64,000 bases of DNA from Eledone cirrhosa (lineage: Eukaryota). A program made the position numbers and the translations under genes. Of this stretch, positions 1 through 20,314 are shown piece after piece. Where the stretch lies: positions 1-64,000 of the forward strand of contig CAXHJY010000333.1 of assembly GCA_964016885.1 (NCBI GenBank), written 5' to 3'. How positions within the stretch are numbered: the stretch's first letter is position 1; each line of letters begins with the position of its first letter. Under the pieces are notes generated by a model. That model did not search any database. It was not told the origin of the DNA and saw nothing but the letters and a program-made list of their open reading frames with translations.

Positions 1-702
1 TGTGTTTGTTTGTCGGTGTCTGTAATTATCTGTGTGTGTGTGTAATTATGTGTATATATGTGTGTCTGTAATTGTGTGTACATGCACATACATGTGTAAA
101 CACATGTGCATGTATACAATTGCGTGTGTATGTCTGTGTGTGTGTGTGTGTAATTATGTGTCTGTGTGTGTAATTATTTGTGTGCGTATGTGACTGTGTA
201 TTTGTGTGTGTGTGTGTGTGCAAATGTGTACAAATTAGTGGGTGTACCTGAGTGTGTGTGTATGTCTGTATATGTGTGTGTGTACCTACGCGTATAAGAG
301 TGTGTGTGTCTGTGTATATGTGTGTGTGTACCTACGCGTATAAGTGTGTGCATCTGATGGAATCTCTACGTGTTCTGTATGTGGATGTTTATCTCTCTCC
401 CTCTCTTTCTCTCTCTCTCCATATATATATACACATATAATATATATATACCCACATTATATATATGCACGCACACACATATATATACACATGTATATAT
501 ACACACACATATATATACACACACATATATATACACACACATTATATATATACACACATAATATAAATACACACAATATATATATACCCACATTATATAT
601 ACACACACATATATATATATATACATTATGTATATATATATACACATGTATATACACACATATATATATATATACACACATAATATATATATACCCACAT
701 TA

Positions 703-802
703 TGAGGTTAACTTTGCCTTTCATCCTTACGGGGTCGATAAAATAAAGTACCAGTAATGTACTGGGTAATTGCTGGCCTTGTGCCTAAAGTAGAAACAAT
801 TA
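703..802 (+). mobile_element. 3' half of tRNA-derived SINE (Meta-domain-like core)
   Basis: GAGGTTAACTTTGCCTTTCATCCTTACGGGGTCGATAAAATAAAGTACCAGT core plus GTAGAAACAATT tail, shared with about 15 other copies in the window. Confidence 0.8.
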
Positions 803-937
803 TATATATACACACACACACACATATATATATACATTATGTATATATATATATACATTTATATACACAATCATTTATATACACACACACACATATATAT
901 ATATATATACACATAATATATATATACACACACACAC

Positions 938-1122
938 GTGGATTGGCAGTATCGGTAGAGGGTCGGACAACATGCTTTCTAGCATAGTTACGTCCCTTTA
1001 TGATCTGAGTTCAAATCCCGCCGAGGTTGACTTTGTCTTTCATCCTTACGGGGTCGATAAAATAAAGTACCAGTAATACACTGGGATAAATGTTGGCCTT
1101 GTGCCTAAAGTAGAAACAATTA
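938..1122 (+). mobile_element. Near full-length tRNA-derived SINE
   Basis: A-box-like TGGCAGTATCGG, B-box GAGTTCAAATCC (~1007-1018), core GCCTTTCATCCTTACGGGGTCGATAAAA-like, tail TAGAAACAATT. Confidence 0.85.
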
Positions 1123-1439
1123 TGTATATATATATACACATGTATATATATATATATACACACACATTATATATACACACATAATATATATATACACACA
1201 CACACATATATATAGATATACATTATGTGTATATATATATATATACACATATATATATATATATACACATATTATATATATACACACATAATATATATAC
1301 TCACACACAGACATATATATATACATTATGTATATATATATATATACACATGTATATATACACACACATAATATATATTCACACATAATATATACACACA
1401 CACACATATATATACATTATGTATATATATATACACATG

Positions 1440-1471
<32 letters not shown>

Positions 1472-1799
1472 TATACACACACATAATATATATACACACA
1501 ATATATATATACACACACACATATATATATACATTATGTATATATATATACACATATATATATATACATTATGTATATATATACACACACATATATATAT
1601 ACATTATGTATATATATATATACACATGTATATACACATGAGTGCTTCAATGTGAAGAAGAAGGAAAAATCTGTTGTAGTTTATAAACTGTGAGGCAATC
1701 TAAAGTTCCAAAATTGCAATTGAGTTACCAGATTTAGCAGACGTTGATCAGTATATGTACATCTGTCATGTATTTACCTTCTACACACACGTGTGTGTA

Positions 1800-2128
<329 letters not shown>

Positions 2129-2329
2129 TATTAAGTTGTTAAACAATTTTTGAAAAGCATTAAAAATGCGCAACCGGTAAAACTTAAAACCAAAACTGAA
2201 TACTAACCAATATTATTACTAATTTACACTTATTCCTAACTAAACTATTTTTCACTGTGAACAATTTGTCAGCATTTTCTTTTCCGCTTACCAATATATC
2301 ATAACTCGTGTGTTACACCTCTATTATTT

Positions 2330-2367
<38 letters not shown>

Positions 2368-2499
2368 TAACAACAAAGAGCGCTTAGAACATAGGTATAT
2401 CTGCTCTGTCTTCTGACATTGAGCTGCCTATCTGATAAGTTGAGTGTTACATATACTGCCTATCTGATAAGTTGAGTGTTACACACTCTCAATTCTCTC

Positions 2500-2543
<44 letters not shown>

Positions 2544-2545
<2 letters not shown>

Positions 2546-2677
2546 AGAAATAGCCGTCGAAACGGCTTGAGCTCTGCCGTCGGGGTCATACTTTTTCCTA
2601 TTTCCCACTCTACTACTCTAAGTATTGAGTACTCTGGTGCGTTATGGTCCATCTGGTTCCTTACCACAATTCCTTTG

Positions 2678-2678
<1 letters not shown>
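2544..2678 (+). mobile_element. Short dispersed element (family P) inserted in (TA)n
   Basis: CCAGAAATAGCCGTCGAAACGGCTTGAGCTC...CCTTACCACAATTCC; homologues at 43590-43725, 46623-46759 (minus) and partially 56690-56781; TA runs on both sides. Confidence 0.8.
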
Positions 2679-2728
<50 letters not shown>

Positions 2729-2798
2729 TGTGTATGTATATATATATATATGTGTGTGTGTGTGTATGTATGTATATATATATATATATGTATGTATG

Positions 2799-2833
<35 letters not shown>

Positions 2834-2870
2834 ATGTATATATATATATATGTGTGTGTGTGTATGTATG

Positions 2871-2901
<31 letters not shown>

Positions 2902-2908
2902 ATGTATG

Positions 2909-2939
<31 letters not shown>

Positions 2940-2946
2940 ATGTATG

Positions 2947-2989
<43 letters not shown>

Positions 2990-3032
2990 ATGTATGTGAA
3001 TATATATATATATGCGTGTGTGTGTATGTATG

Positions 3033-3069
<37 letters not shown>

Positions 3070-3106
3070 ATGTATGTGAATATATATATATGTGTGTGTG
3101 TGTATG

Positions 3107-3155
<49 letters not shown>

Positions 3156-3164
3156 ATGTATGTG

Positions 3165-3195
<31 letters not shown>

Positions 3196-3309
3196 ATGTA
3201 TGTGTATATATATATATGTGTGTGATTGTAAAAATGTGGGCGAAGACTACGGAAGAACGGATGGGACAGCCTTTTCCGATCAGTCGACATCTGGAGGTCC
3301 ACGTGGTTT

Positions 3310-6067
<2,758 letters not shown>

Positions 6068-6380
6068 GTAGAAGTTTTAGTTAAATTGTTGGGATACAAC
6101 AAGCAAATATTTTTATTACTGAATAAAGCACTCAACAAATTTTTGGAGTAAAAAAATTTGCATAAAAGACCAATAATAAAATTAATAACCCCACTATCCG
6201 GGAGCTTCCAACACACATGGTCGCATTCTTTTAAGGGTATGTCAATATTTGTTTATAAAACTGATCTATATTATATTTTATGTGATGAAAGCGCACCATA
6301 ATTTGCTTTGGTGTCCTTGAAATATGTATAATGAAATAAATATGGTTTTATAAATATAGTTTCCATTTATTAATATATTG

Positions 6381-6385
<5 letters not shown>
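6068..6385 (+). mobile_element. PLE 3'-end/pseudo-LTR fragment (family B) with inverted terminal piece and mutated HHR
   Basis: Homologous to 31826-32143, 27950-28204 and 50806-51221; HHR core here is GTGATGA (~6282). 6068-6150 is the reverse complement of the sequence that follows the HHR at 51176-51221. Confidence 0.7.
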
Positions 6386-6412
<27 letters not shown>

Positions 6413-6536
6413 GATATATAGATATATATACATATATATATATGTAAGTATGTATGTATACGTACATACATATATGTATACAGACGTACAGTAGCATGCA
6501 TATACGTTCAACGTTCAACTATCTGGCAGATGGGTA

Positions 6537-6581
6537 AACGGTGCTGATGATAGCTAACATGCTTGAAACTAATACATCGTT
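6537..6581 (+). ncRNA. Type I minimal hammerhead ribozyme (copy 1, stem III mismatch)
   Basis: AACGGTG-CTGATGA-TAGCTAACATGCTT-GAAAC-TAATA-CATCGTT; stem I AACGGTG/CATCGTT. Confidence 0.75.
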
Positions 6582-6749
6582 CCTGTGTCAGTGTTGAACA
6601 AAAAGGTGACGTGGTTGCCTTAACACCGTATGGCATAAATTCAGGCTGTTCGATTTGTTGACAAACAAACGAACAAAGCAGGCGGTATAATAAACGCCGG
6701 CAAAACTGATGCGTACATACATGTATGTGTAACTGTATGCATATGTGTA

Positions 6750-6839
<90 letters not shown>

Positions 6840-7073
6840 TGCTACTGTACGTCTGTATACATATATGTATGTACGTATACATACATACTTACATTTAAGT
6901 AAGTGCCATACTAAGAGTGAGAAATGAAATTTCGTTTTCATTTTTTTCAACTTATCGTTTTCGGTATGCCTGACCGATTTAACTCACTCAATATGCAAAT
7001 TAGGCTGCTCAGCCGTTAAGTTTCATAAGGAAAGTATATACTTTCGAACGTTCAACTATCTGGCAGATGGGTA

Positions 7074-7118
7074 AACGGTGCTGATGATAGCTAACAAGCT
7101 TGAAACTAGTACATCGTT
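7074..7118 (+). ncRNA. Type I minimal hammerhead ribozyme (copy 2)
   Basis: AACGGTG-CTGATGA-T-AGCT-AACA-AGCT-T-GAA-ACTAGT-A-CATCGTT; palindromic stem III ACTAGT, GUA cleavage triplet. Confidence 0.88.
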
Positions 7119-7286
7119 CCTGTGTCAGTGTTGAACAAAAATGTGACGTGGTTGCCTTAACACCGTATGGCATAAATTCAGGCTGTTCGATTTGTTGACA
7201 AACAAACGAACAAAGCAGGCGTTATAATAAACGTCGGCTAAACTGATGCGTGCATATATGTATGTGTACCTGTATGCATATGTGTA

Positions 7287-7328
<42 letters not shown>

Positions 7329-7562
7329 TGCTACTGTACGTCTGTATACATATATGTATGTACGTATACATACATACTTACATTTAAGTAAGTGCCATAC
7401 TAAGAGTGAGAAATGAAATTTCGTTTTCATTTTTTTCAACTTATCGTTTTCGGTATGCCTGACCGATTTAACTCACTCAATATGCAAATTAGGCTGCTCA
7501 GCCGTTAATTTTCATAAGGAAAGTATATACTTTCGAACGTTCAACTATCTGGCAGATGGGTA

Positions 7563-7607
7563 AACGGTGCTGATGATAGCTAACAAGCTTGAAACTAGTA
7601 CATCGTT
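7563..7607 (+). ncRNA. Type I minimal hammerhead ribozyme (copy 3)
   Basis: Identical to 7074-7118. Confidence 0.88.
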
Positions 7608-7786
7608 CCTGTGTCAGTGTTGAACAAAAAGGTGACGTGGTTGCCTAAACACCGTATGGCATAAATTCAGGCTGTTCGATTTGTTGACAAACAAACGAAC
7701 AAACCAGGCCTTATAATAAACGTCGGCTAAACTGATGCCTGCATATATGTATGTGTACCTGTATGCATATGTGTATATATATATAT

Positions 7787-7853
7787 TCCATAGAACCGCA
7801 CACCCCCTTCTCTCCCCACTCCACACTCACTCATCCCACTAACACCCCTACTA

Positions 7854-7889
<36 letters not shown>

Positions 7890-8842
7890 CCTCCTCACTC
7901 CAACTCTCACACCTACCCATCCTCGCCTCCCTACCATTCCGCTGACTGCTGCTATGCCCTTCCGACCACTGTCTCAGCACCAACTGACCACAGCACTTCC
8001 ACTGCTGACCACTTCCTGTTGCGCGCGCACCCCACATCTCTCCTCTTCCGACGACCGCTTTTTGGATTACCCACACGCGTTTTGACTTCCAACCAAAATC
8101 TCCATACATCCGTGTAACTTACCACTTTCAACCATCGTCTTACACCACCATCTATATAACTCACCCACACACATATCCCAAAACAATTTTTTTTATCCAC
8201 ACGCCACCCACACCCACAACACGCTTAAACCACACACACGTGCTTCCCACCACATATTTACACCCTCAGCCCCCTGATTCCTCTCCCCACACCCCCCTAT
8301 CCACACACGCACAGACCCTCCGACACACAAAAACACCCCCCACACACACCTTCCTGAACATGCAACCCCGTTCTTCCTCCAACCCTCACTTTCACATACA
8401 CACACACACACACACACACCTAACCACACACACCACCTTCAGCCCTCCCCGCTCGGACACCCCGTCTCCCTCTCCCCACTCCACCCGCCACCACCTCTAC
8501 TCACCCCACACCCTTCCACCACCTGTTTACCCCCCTTTTAATTTCAGTTTATTTTGATCATGCCTTTATTTTTAAATGTTCTCATTCCTTGTATTTTGAT
8601 CATGCTTTATTTTTATTTATTATTTATTATATTTTTGTCTTTATTTGTTAATTTTTCATTCGCACCGTTTCCTTTCGCTATATGTCTCTCCACCACTCCC
8701 CTACACACCTTTTGAACTCTCACCTGAAGAAGGGTTTATGCCCGAAACGTCGTCCTCCACCTACCCCCCACTCTCCTGAGCGTGAATTTAATAATCATTT
8801 ATCGTACTGCCTCTCTGTTCTGTCCCTGTTCAATTTTTCATT
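7787..8842 (+). mobile_element. C/A-rich 3' fragment of a probable PLE with minimal HHR, inserted in (TA)n
   Basis: CTGAAGA-AGGGTTTATGCCC-GAAACGTC at 8724-8751; ends in TA; a diverged inverted copy lies at 9441-10250. Confidence 0.7.
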
Positions 8843-9032
8843 ATATATATATATATATATATATATATGCATGCTACTGTACGTCTGTATACATATATGT
8901 ATGTACGTATACATACATACTTACATTTAAGTAAGTGCCATACTAAGAGTGAGAAATGAAATTTCGTTTTCATTTTTTTCAACATATATATATATATATA
9001 TGTACATATATATATATATATATATACATATC

Positions 9033-9064
<32 letters not shown>

Positions 9065-9075
9065 CACATATATAT

Positions 9076-9114
<39 letters not shown>

Positions 9115-9121
9115 TATATAT

Positions 9122-9344
<223 letters not shown>

Positions 9345-9440
9345 TATATATATATATACACATATATATATATATATATATACACATGTATATATATATA
9401 TATATATATACACATGTATATATATATATAAATATATATA

Positions 9441-9873
9441 ATGAAAAATTGAACAGGGACAGAACAGAGGCAGAACAATAAATGTTTATTAAATTCACGC
9501 TCAGGAGAGTGGGGGGGGGTAGGTGGGGGACGACGTTTCGGGCATAAGCCCTTCTTCAGGTGAGAAGTGTGTGGGAACAGAGTTCAAAAGGTGTGTAGGG
9601 GAGTGGTGGAGAGACATATAGCGAAAGGAAACGGTGCGAATAAAAAATTAACAAATAAAGACAAAAAATATAATAAATAAAAATAAAGCATGATCAAAAT
9701 ACAAGGAATGAGAAAATTTAAAAATAAAGGCATGATCAAAATAAACTGAAATTAAAAGGGGGGTAAACAGGTGGTGGAAGGGTGTGGGGTGAGTAGGGGT
9801 AGTGGCGGGTGGAGTGGGGAGAGGGAGACGGGGTGTCTGAGCGGGGAGGGCTGAAGGTGGTGTGTGTGGTTAG

Positions 9874-9910
<37 letters not shown>

Positions 9911-10248
9911 AAAGTGAGGGTTGGGGGAAAAACGGAGTTGCATGTTCAGGAAGGTGTGTGTGGGGGGTGTTTTTGTGGGTCGGAGTGTCTGTACGTGTGT
10001 GGATAGGGGGTGGGGGGAGAGGAATCAGAAGGCTGAGGGTGTAAATATGTGGTGGGAAGCACGTGTGTGTGGTTTAAGCGTGGTGTGGGTGGCGTGTGGA
10101 TAAAAAAAAAATTTGGGGGGGGTGTGTGTGTGGGTGAGTTATATAGGTGATGGTGTAAGAGGATGGTTGAAAAGTTGGTAAGTTCCACGGATGTTTGGAG
10201 ATTTGGTTAGAAGTCAATTTCGCGTGTGGGTAATCCAAGAAGCGGTGG

Positions 10249-10250
<2 letters not shown>
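9441..10250 (-). mobile_element. Second copy of the same element, opposite strand
   Basis: Reverse complement aligns with 8053-8842. Minus-strand HHR CTGAAGA-A-GGGC-TTAT-GCCC-GAAACGTC at ~9532-9559. Confidence 0.75.
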
Positions 10251-10292
<42 letters not shown>

Positions 10293-10489
10293 GTAGATAA
10301 ATCTACCAAGAGTTTACGGTAGTGTCCAATCCGTATGAAGAACTCAATGTAATCCGGATATCATGGAAAGAAGAGATGCAATGAAAAATCACTTTCGGTG
10401 AAAGATAAACGGAATACAGAGTCAAGATAAAATATTAAAAAAATAATGAATAAAACAATGAAACAGTTCCTTATATTAAACAAAAAAAG

Positions 10490-10643
10490 TTCATTATTTA
10501 ACGATCGTTTCTGGGATATATATGTGTTAGAATTGGCATGTATATTTAACAGATCTATGTACAAAATTATACAAAATTATACAAACTATCAAAATTAAAT
10601 ATACATACCAACTCATATATATGCCGTCTTCAGAAATAATGAA
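10490..10643 (-). ncRNA. Hammerhead ribozyme with 115-nt stem II
   Basis: Minus strand: TTCATTATTT-CTGAAGA-[115 nt, largely self-complementary]-GAA-ACGATCGT-T-AAATAATGAA; perfect 10-bp stem I and palindromic stem III. Confidence 0.8.
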
Positions 10644-11243
10644 ATATATTTATTGATAATAACAAGAATTCAAAATTACAGGTCTGTTTGGGAACAGAGT
10701 TCAAATTGACCAATGGAAACACAAAAAGTTTATACAGTTAGGTGTGTGTATATATGTAAGTAACTTCGTTCACAGATATGCATAAAAATATATGTTCACA
10801 TGCATACGCATGCCGAAAAGATGTATGTAAATACAAAAATTCAGGGCTAATGTCTCTGTATGTTTATAATCTACAGATAAAATACATATACGCATATAAA
10901 CATATAAATATAAAAATAAATATATACACATTCATATACTCACACATATACATACATTCACACACACACGCGCATATACGCATAAACATACACACAACCA
11001 CGAACATACATACACACATACACTCACACACACATATATGTGTATATACTATTATCATAAGCATATGGACATTAATGCGCGCACATAAACACTGCCACAC
11101 ATATTTAGATCCAGATCCAGAAAGTAGGTGGGGGGGGGGGAAGAGGTCAGTATTTACTGGTGTCAGCAAACTGCCTATTTATAAATGTATCTATAAATTT
11201 AGAAGTAAAAAGAAAAAGAAAAAGAAAAAAGAAAAATATTAAG

Positions 11244-11284
<41 letters not shown>

Positions 11285-11491
11285 AAGTAAAATATAAAAT
11301 ATACATCGATATACATAAATATATATATATATATATATATACATACATATACATACACATATACATAAACACATACATACACATACATATACATATACAC
11401 ACCATATATATACACATACACATACACACGCGCACATACATATAGAGACACATACATAAACACATATAAATACATAGACATATACATATAT

Positions 11492-11551
<60 letters not shown>

Positions 11552-11659
11552 ATATATACATACATTCACAACACACACATATATATATATATATATCTAT
11601 ACACACATATATAAATACACTCATGTATATACGCATATACACATACATACCCACACATA

Positions 11660-11691
<32 letters not shown>

Positions 11692-12293
11692 CATATACAT
11701 ATATATATATATATATATACACACATACACACACACATGTACACATACACATATACACAAAGATATATATATACACACACGTATATAATAAATATATATA
11801 TACATATATATATATACATATACATATATATATATACACACATATATATACATACATACATATATATACTCATACATAGACATACATATATACACACACA
11901 CATACACACATACATATACGCATATATACACATACATACACATCCATGTATGCGTATACACATACAAACACAACCACACGCTCACACAACTCAGACATAC
12001 ATAAATAAAGGGATATACATACACATATATACATATATAAATAGAGATATATATACACATATAAATATATACACACATACACACACACACACATATACAT
12101 ACACATACAAAGATACATACATATACATACACACACATATATATACATATATATATATATATATAAATATATATACATATATATAAAAATAAAGAAATAA
12201 AAAAATAAAAAAATAAAATAAATAAATAAATTAATTAATTAATACACCCAGTCAGACAAATATGCACACACATACATATACATATATATACAC

Positions 12294-12324
<31 letters not shown>

Positions 12325-12374
12325 AATACATACATATACATACATATATATATATACACATACACACATGAACT

Positions 12375-12412
<38 letters not shown>

Positions 12413-12516
12413 TCACATATACATGCACATATACGTACATATATATATATACACATAGACGTATACATGCGCATACATATACATACACACATATACCCAC
12501 ATAAATACATAGATAC

Positions 12517-12585
<69 letters not shown>

Positions 12586-12849
12586 TACAATCATACACCC
12601 TTATTTACATGCGCACATATGTATTTTTATACTCACATACAAACACCCAAACATACATACCTACCTACATATACATACATACATCCACGCTTACAAATAC
12701 AAATAATAATAGGGGGGAATGGGAGGAAGGGGATTATAGTAAATATAGGTTTCAAGAAACAGAATATTAATCTGCATTTAGATCATAATATGTGTTTACA
12801 TAGTAGTTTCAGTATTAGGAAATGTAAGAAAGAAGGCAAAATTATGTAT

Positions 12850-13261
12850 TTTAATATAAGTAGACTATTAATTATAGGTTAACTAAATTAAAGATAGTTA
12901 ATATATTGATTTCTAAGGTGTATACTACTTAGGTTTATAATATTTGAAGCGGAATTTTGAAGTTAAATAGTAGTAGAGTATTAATTATAGTATAACTAAA
13001 TTAAAATTATTAACGTTATGGTATCAATATTAGGAAATGAATTTAGTAATAGGGAAAAAAAACAAATAAAGTATTACATCGGTAGTAGAATATAAATTAT
13101 AGGTTAACTAAATTAAAAATTATATATTAATTTCTATAGTATATGTTAATTAGGTTTATAATAATTAAAACAGATATTGTATTTTATCTATAGTAGAATA
13201 TAATTATAGGTAAACAAAAATTAAAATTAATATATACACACATATATATATCCATACATAC

Positions 13262-13329
<68 letters not shown>

Positions 13330-13800
13330 ATATATATATACATATTTTTTCAAAAATTGCAAAGAATATATTAACTAGGTATACATCTAAAACCTATCTC
13401 AGTCTATGATTACATGACACTCTGCAATCCATCTGTATTAGGATTTTAATTTTAAGCCAATTAAATTAAATTTTTAGGTTAACCAAATTAAAACCAAATT
13501 ATAAATATATTTCTAAATTGTACATTAATTAGGTCTATATTATTAAAAAATATTTCTCTGTCATTGAATACACGATATTTTGTTATATTTTATCTGTAAA
13601 GGAATTTTAATAAAAGGTTAAATAAATTAAAATTAATCTATAAATTAATTTACAAAGTATATATTAGTAATATTTTAAAGTTTTTCACAATTTATGATTA
13701 CACAATATTTTATAATCTCATCTGTAGTAGAATTTTAATTAAAGTAAATTTATAGGTTAACTAACATTTAAATTAAATTATATATTAATATCTAAAATAA
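12850..13800. repeat. Degenerate AT-rich tandem repeat (~100-130 bp)
   Basis: Recurring ATAGGTTAACTAAATTAAA and GTAGTAGAAT motifs (e.g. ~12874, 13099, 13207, 13475, 13752). Confidence 0.65.
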
Positions 13801-13805
13801 TGTTA

Positions 13806-14198
13806 TTAATTAGGTTTATAATATTTAAATGTTTTTCTTAGTTTATGATTACACGATATAATTAATTCCTGTCGTTTATTTAATAGGATATCCTTAGATT
13901 TCATTATTTCAAATAGTTCTTGGGAACATAATCTACATTCATTTCTATTATTTTCATAAGGGGTGGCTCTTTTGAGCACACTCCAGGTCATATCATATTC
14001 TATATTCTTATTTTTATAACTATTGATTTTTTCTGCTAGAGATGTTGTATTAGCCAGTGCGGCATTTTTAAAACTATGTTTGTGGGTATTAAACCTTACC
14101 TTAAAATTGTTAGAAGTAGCTCCTATATATGAGCAAATAGAATCTTTAGTTTTAACATTACATTTATTAACTATGTTGTTAACAAGACAATTTCCTTT
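13806..14198 (-). pseudogene. PLE GIY-YIG endonuclease C-terminal fragment (Naiad-like)
   Basis: [12 protein letters not shown]...[21 protein letters not shown]...TSLAEKI...CRLCSQE...[15 protein letters not shown]; colinear with the 44.2-45.2 kb protein. Confidence 0.9.
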
Positions 14199-18095
<3,897 letters not shown>

Positions 18096-18099
18096 TGTG

Positions 18100-18222
18100 A
18101 GCGTAGGCACGTGCCTCATTGGTTAGAGAATTGCATTCGCAATCGTGAGGTTGTGAGTTCGATTTCCGAACCGGGCGATGTATTATGTCCTTTGAGCAGG
18201 ACACTTTATCTCACGCTGCTCC
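18100..18222 (+). mobile_element. tRNA-derived SINE head with CORE-like segment
   Basis: TGGTTAGAG A-box region, GAGTTCGATTTCC B-box, TGTCCTTTGAGCAGGACACTTTATCTCAC. Confidence 0.6.
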
Positions 18223-18448
18223 TTCTGCCTGGATTTACGACCCGTAGACGATATTAGCAATTGAAAAGACCGATGGAAGCATTGTTTGCTCGGTCCGATT
18301 TGATGAGCTCCACTCCACACGTGAAACGAATGTGGCCTGGGATCTTGTCGATCGAGATGTTACCATAAATGACCTGTTATTTTTATCTAAAGACATCGTT
18401 TCCAATTCACCCCGCCCGTCTCTTCAATGTAACTAATTTCTCATTCTT

Positions 18449-18484
18449 TCTTCTGATGAAGTACTAGCGTCCGAAACGTTAAGA
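18449..18484 (+). ncRNA. Minimal hammerhead ribozyme (degenerate stem II)
   Basis: TCTT-CTGATGA-AGTACTAGCGTCC-GAAACGT-T-AAGA; a related copy lies on the minus strand at 29743-29778. Confidence 0.65.
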
Positions 18485-18574
18485 CCCTCTTCCTGCTGTT
18501 TCAAGCGTTAATCTAGTATATTCCTTCCATATACTGTATTGATTGTGTTGTTATTTCTGTTTACCTTTTACACA

Positions 18575-18575
<1 letters not shown>

Positions 18576-18660
<85 letters not shown>

Positions 18661-18733
18661 ACATACACACACACACTCACACACACACTCACTCACTCAC
18701 ACACTCACACACTCACCCACACGCACACATACA

Positions 18734-18775
<42 letters not shown>

Positions 18776-18866
18776 CACACTCACACTCACACACACACTC
18801 ACACACACTCACACACACACACACACACGCACTCACACACACATATATATATACATATATATATAT
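18576..18866. repeat. (CA)n microsatellite
   Basis: Direct sequence. Confidence 0.97.
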
Positions 18867-19346
18867 AAACTCAAACCCTGCAAAACCATTCAATCAGGAG
18901 GTGAATAACTACTTCTAAAACTTAGTAAGAAAAGCGATTGAGAGACTCGTATGTCTTCTCTCATCACAGCAGGAGGGTAATACGTAACAAACGACATATC
19001 CCCCACGATTGCATAACTACGCCTATGATGAAGTCACATGCATAACAATGTAACAGAAATATATATCATGCCACAAACGAATTATGGTGAAGTAGTCCCT
19101 CCGTAACTACTTGATAAATTAATACGCCGTCACATATTTTAGCTGGTATAAATTACTGACGTGAAGAAGGCGGCCGATTTAACAGGAATTTTAAGGCTAG
19201 AAATAGGTAGTAGCTTATCCACTAACATGCTAGTCGATACCTCGTTCTCCAACGATCAATCGACTCCTAAAACGATTGTAAAACCTACGTCTAACTTCTG
19301 TCTTTTTTTTTTCATTATTCGATGCATAAATACACACATATATAAA

Positions 19347-20090
19347 CTAGCAGTGTATCCCGGCGTTGCACGGATAAGAACATTGGTAAAAGCACCTCCA
19401 CTGAGAAACGTTTATTTGTTAAAAAAGCTCACGAACTGGACATGCTCACGGACATCCAGAGTTGACACTGCACTCAATGCTCCTGTGGGAGCCCCTGCAT
19501 GGACACATTGGAAAAGGAAGACCAAAGTTAACGTATGTTGATGCCCGAAGGACAGACACTGGTCTGTTGGAGTTGCAGGACATGGCAGCGATAATGAGGG
19601 ACAGAGACCGCTGAAGAGAACTTGTCCATGGATCTCAGGAATTTTATCCGCCCTAAATAGATAGATAGATAGATAGATGTTTATGTGTATATTTATATAT
19701 AAATATGTGTAATATATATATATATATGCGTATATGTGTTTGTATATATATATATATATATATGTGTGTATGTATGTATATGTGTATATATGTGTGTGTA
19801 TATGTATATGTGTATATATATGTATGTGTGTGTGTGTGTGTGTGTGAGAATGTGGCGAAGATAATACGTCAGCAATGACGTGTTGGGCCTAATGTCGTTA
19901 TGCAGACAGCCAAGCATGCAGACATATTATAAGGGCTCGACGGAGGTAGATAACTGGCGCCTAAGACCCCTTTAACAACAGAAAATTGAAAAATAAAAGC
20001 TTCAGTTAATATCTTTAGACCGCAAGGAATATATAAATGCAAGTTTGAAGTCAATCGGAGTAGAAATGTGGATTTGTATAGGCTTTGCAA
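19347..20090 (-). mobile_element. Helitron-like fragment interrupted by an RTE 3' end
   Basis: Minus-strand terminus ATCCGTGCAACGCCGGGAT-ACACTG-CTAG|T at 19347-19375; AAGTTTGAAGTCAATCGG motif at ~20041 resembles motifs of the 47.3 kb element. Confidence 0.5.
19435..19678 (+). mobile_element. RTE LINE 3'-terminal fragment with (TAGA)n tail
   Basis: Closely matches 27708-27927. Confidence 0.88.
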
Positions 20091-20098
20091 AATGTCTG

Positions 20099-20170
20099 AG
20101 TTTCAGAAGATCCGTTAATAGTGAAAGTGATTCTTTGCTTAAACTTTAATCTGTTATTTTAGTAAATAAA
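20099..20170 (+). mobile_element. Short pseudo-LTR fragment of the 44-46 kb PLE family
   Basis: AGTTTCAGAAGATCCGTTAA...CTTAAACTTTAATCTGTTATTTTA matches 46097-46168. Confidence 0.8.
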
Positions 20171-20267
20171 TAAATATATATATATATATAGTGGTGGAAC
20201 ACTAGAAGATAATATCCGTAGAGGTAGAGCACTCAGTCTAAGGGACGAGTTAGGTAGAAGTGTAACC

Positions 20268-20306
<39 letters not shown>

Positions 20307-20314
<8 letters not shown>

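Larger units (their letters stand above)
1..1640. repeat. Compound (TG)n/(TA)n/(CA)n microsatellite field with two SINE pieces
   Basis: Dinucleotide runs throughout; ORFs are HT/YI/CV repeats. Confidence 0.95.
6442..8983 (+). repeat. Tandem ~490-540 bp HHR-containing repeat (about 2.9 units, retrozyme-like); third unit split by an insertion at 7787-8842
   Basis: HHR cores at 6544, 7081 and 7570 (spacing 537 and 489; the difference is internal TA length). Unit 3 resumes at 8869-8983. 6442-6504 is an inverted copy of 6832-6894. Confidence 0.9.
10292..14198 (-). mobile_element. 5'-truncated Penelope-like element (GIY-YIG, long 3' UTR, HHR)
   Basis: GIY-YIG fragment and HHR lie on the same strand and both ends abut (TA)n. 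Continuity across the intervening microsatellite-rich sequence is inferred. Confidence 0.55.

Noticed and set aside
938-1030. tRNA genes at A/B-box motifs
   Set aside because: No complete cloverleaf, and the motif is always fused to the SINE core.
7940-8130. Degenerate GIY-YIG tail (LPVAR.., FWIT..)
   Set aside because: The motifs are too short and broken to support a coding call.
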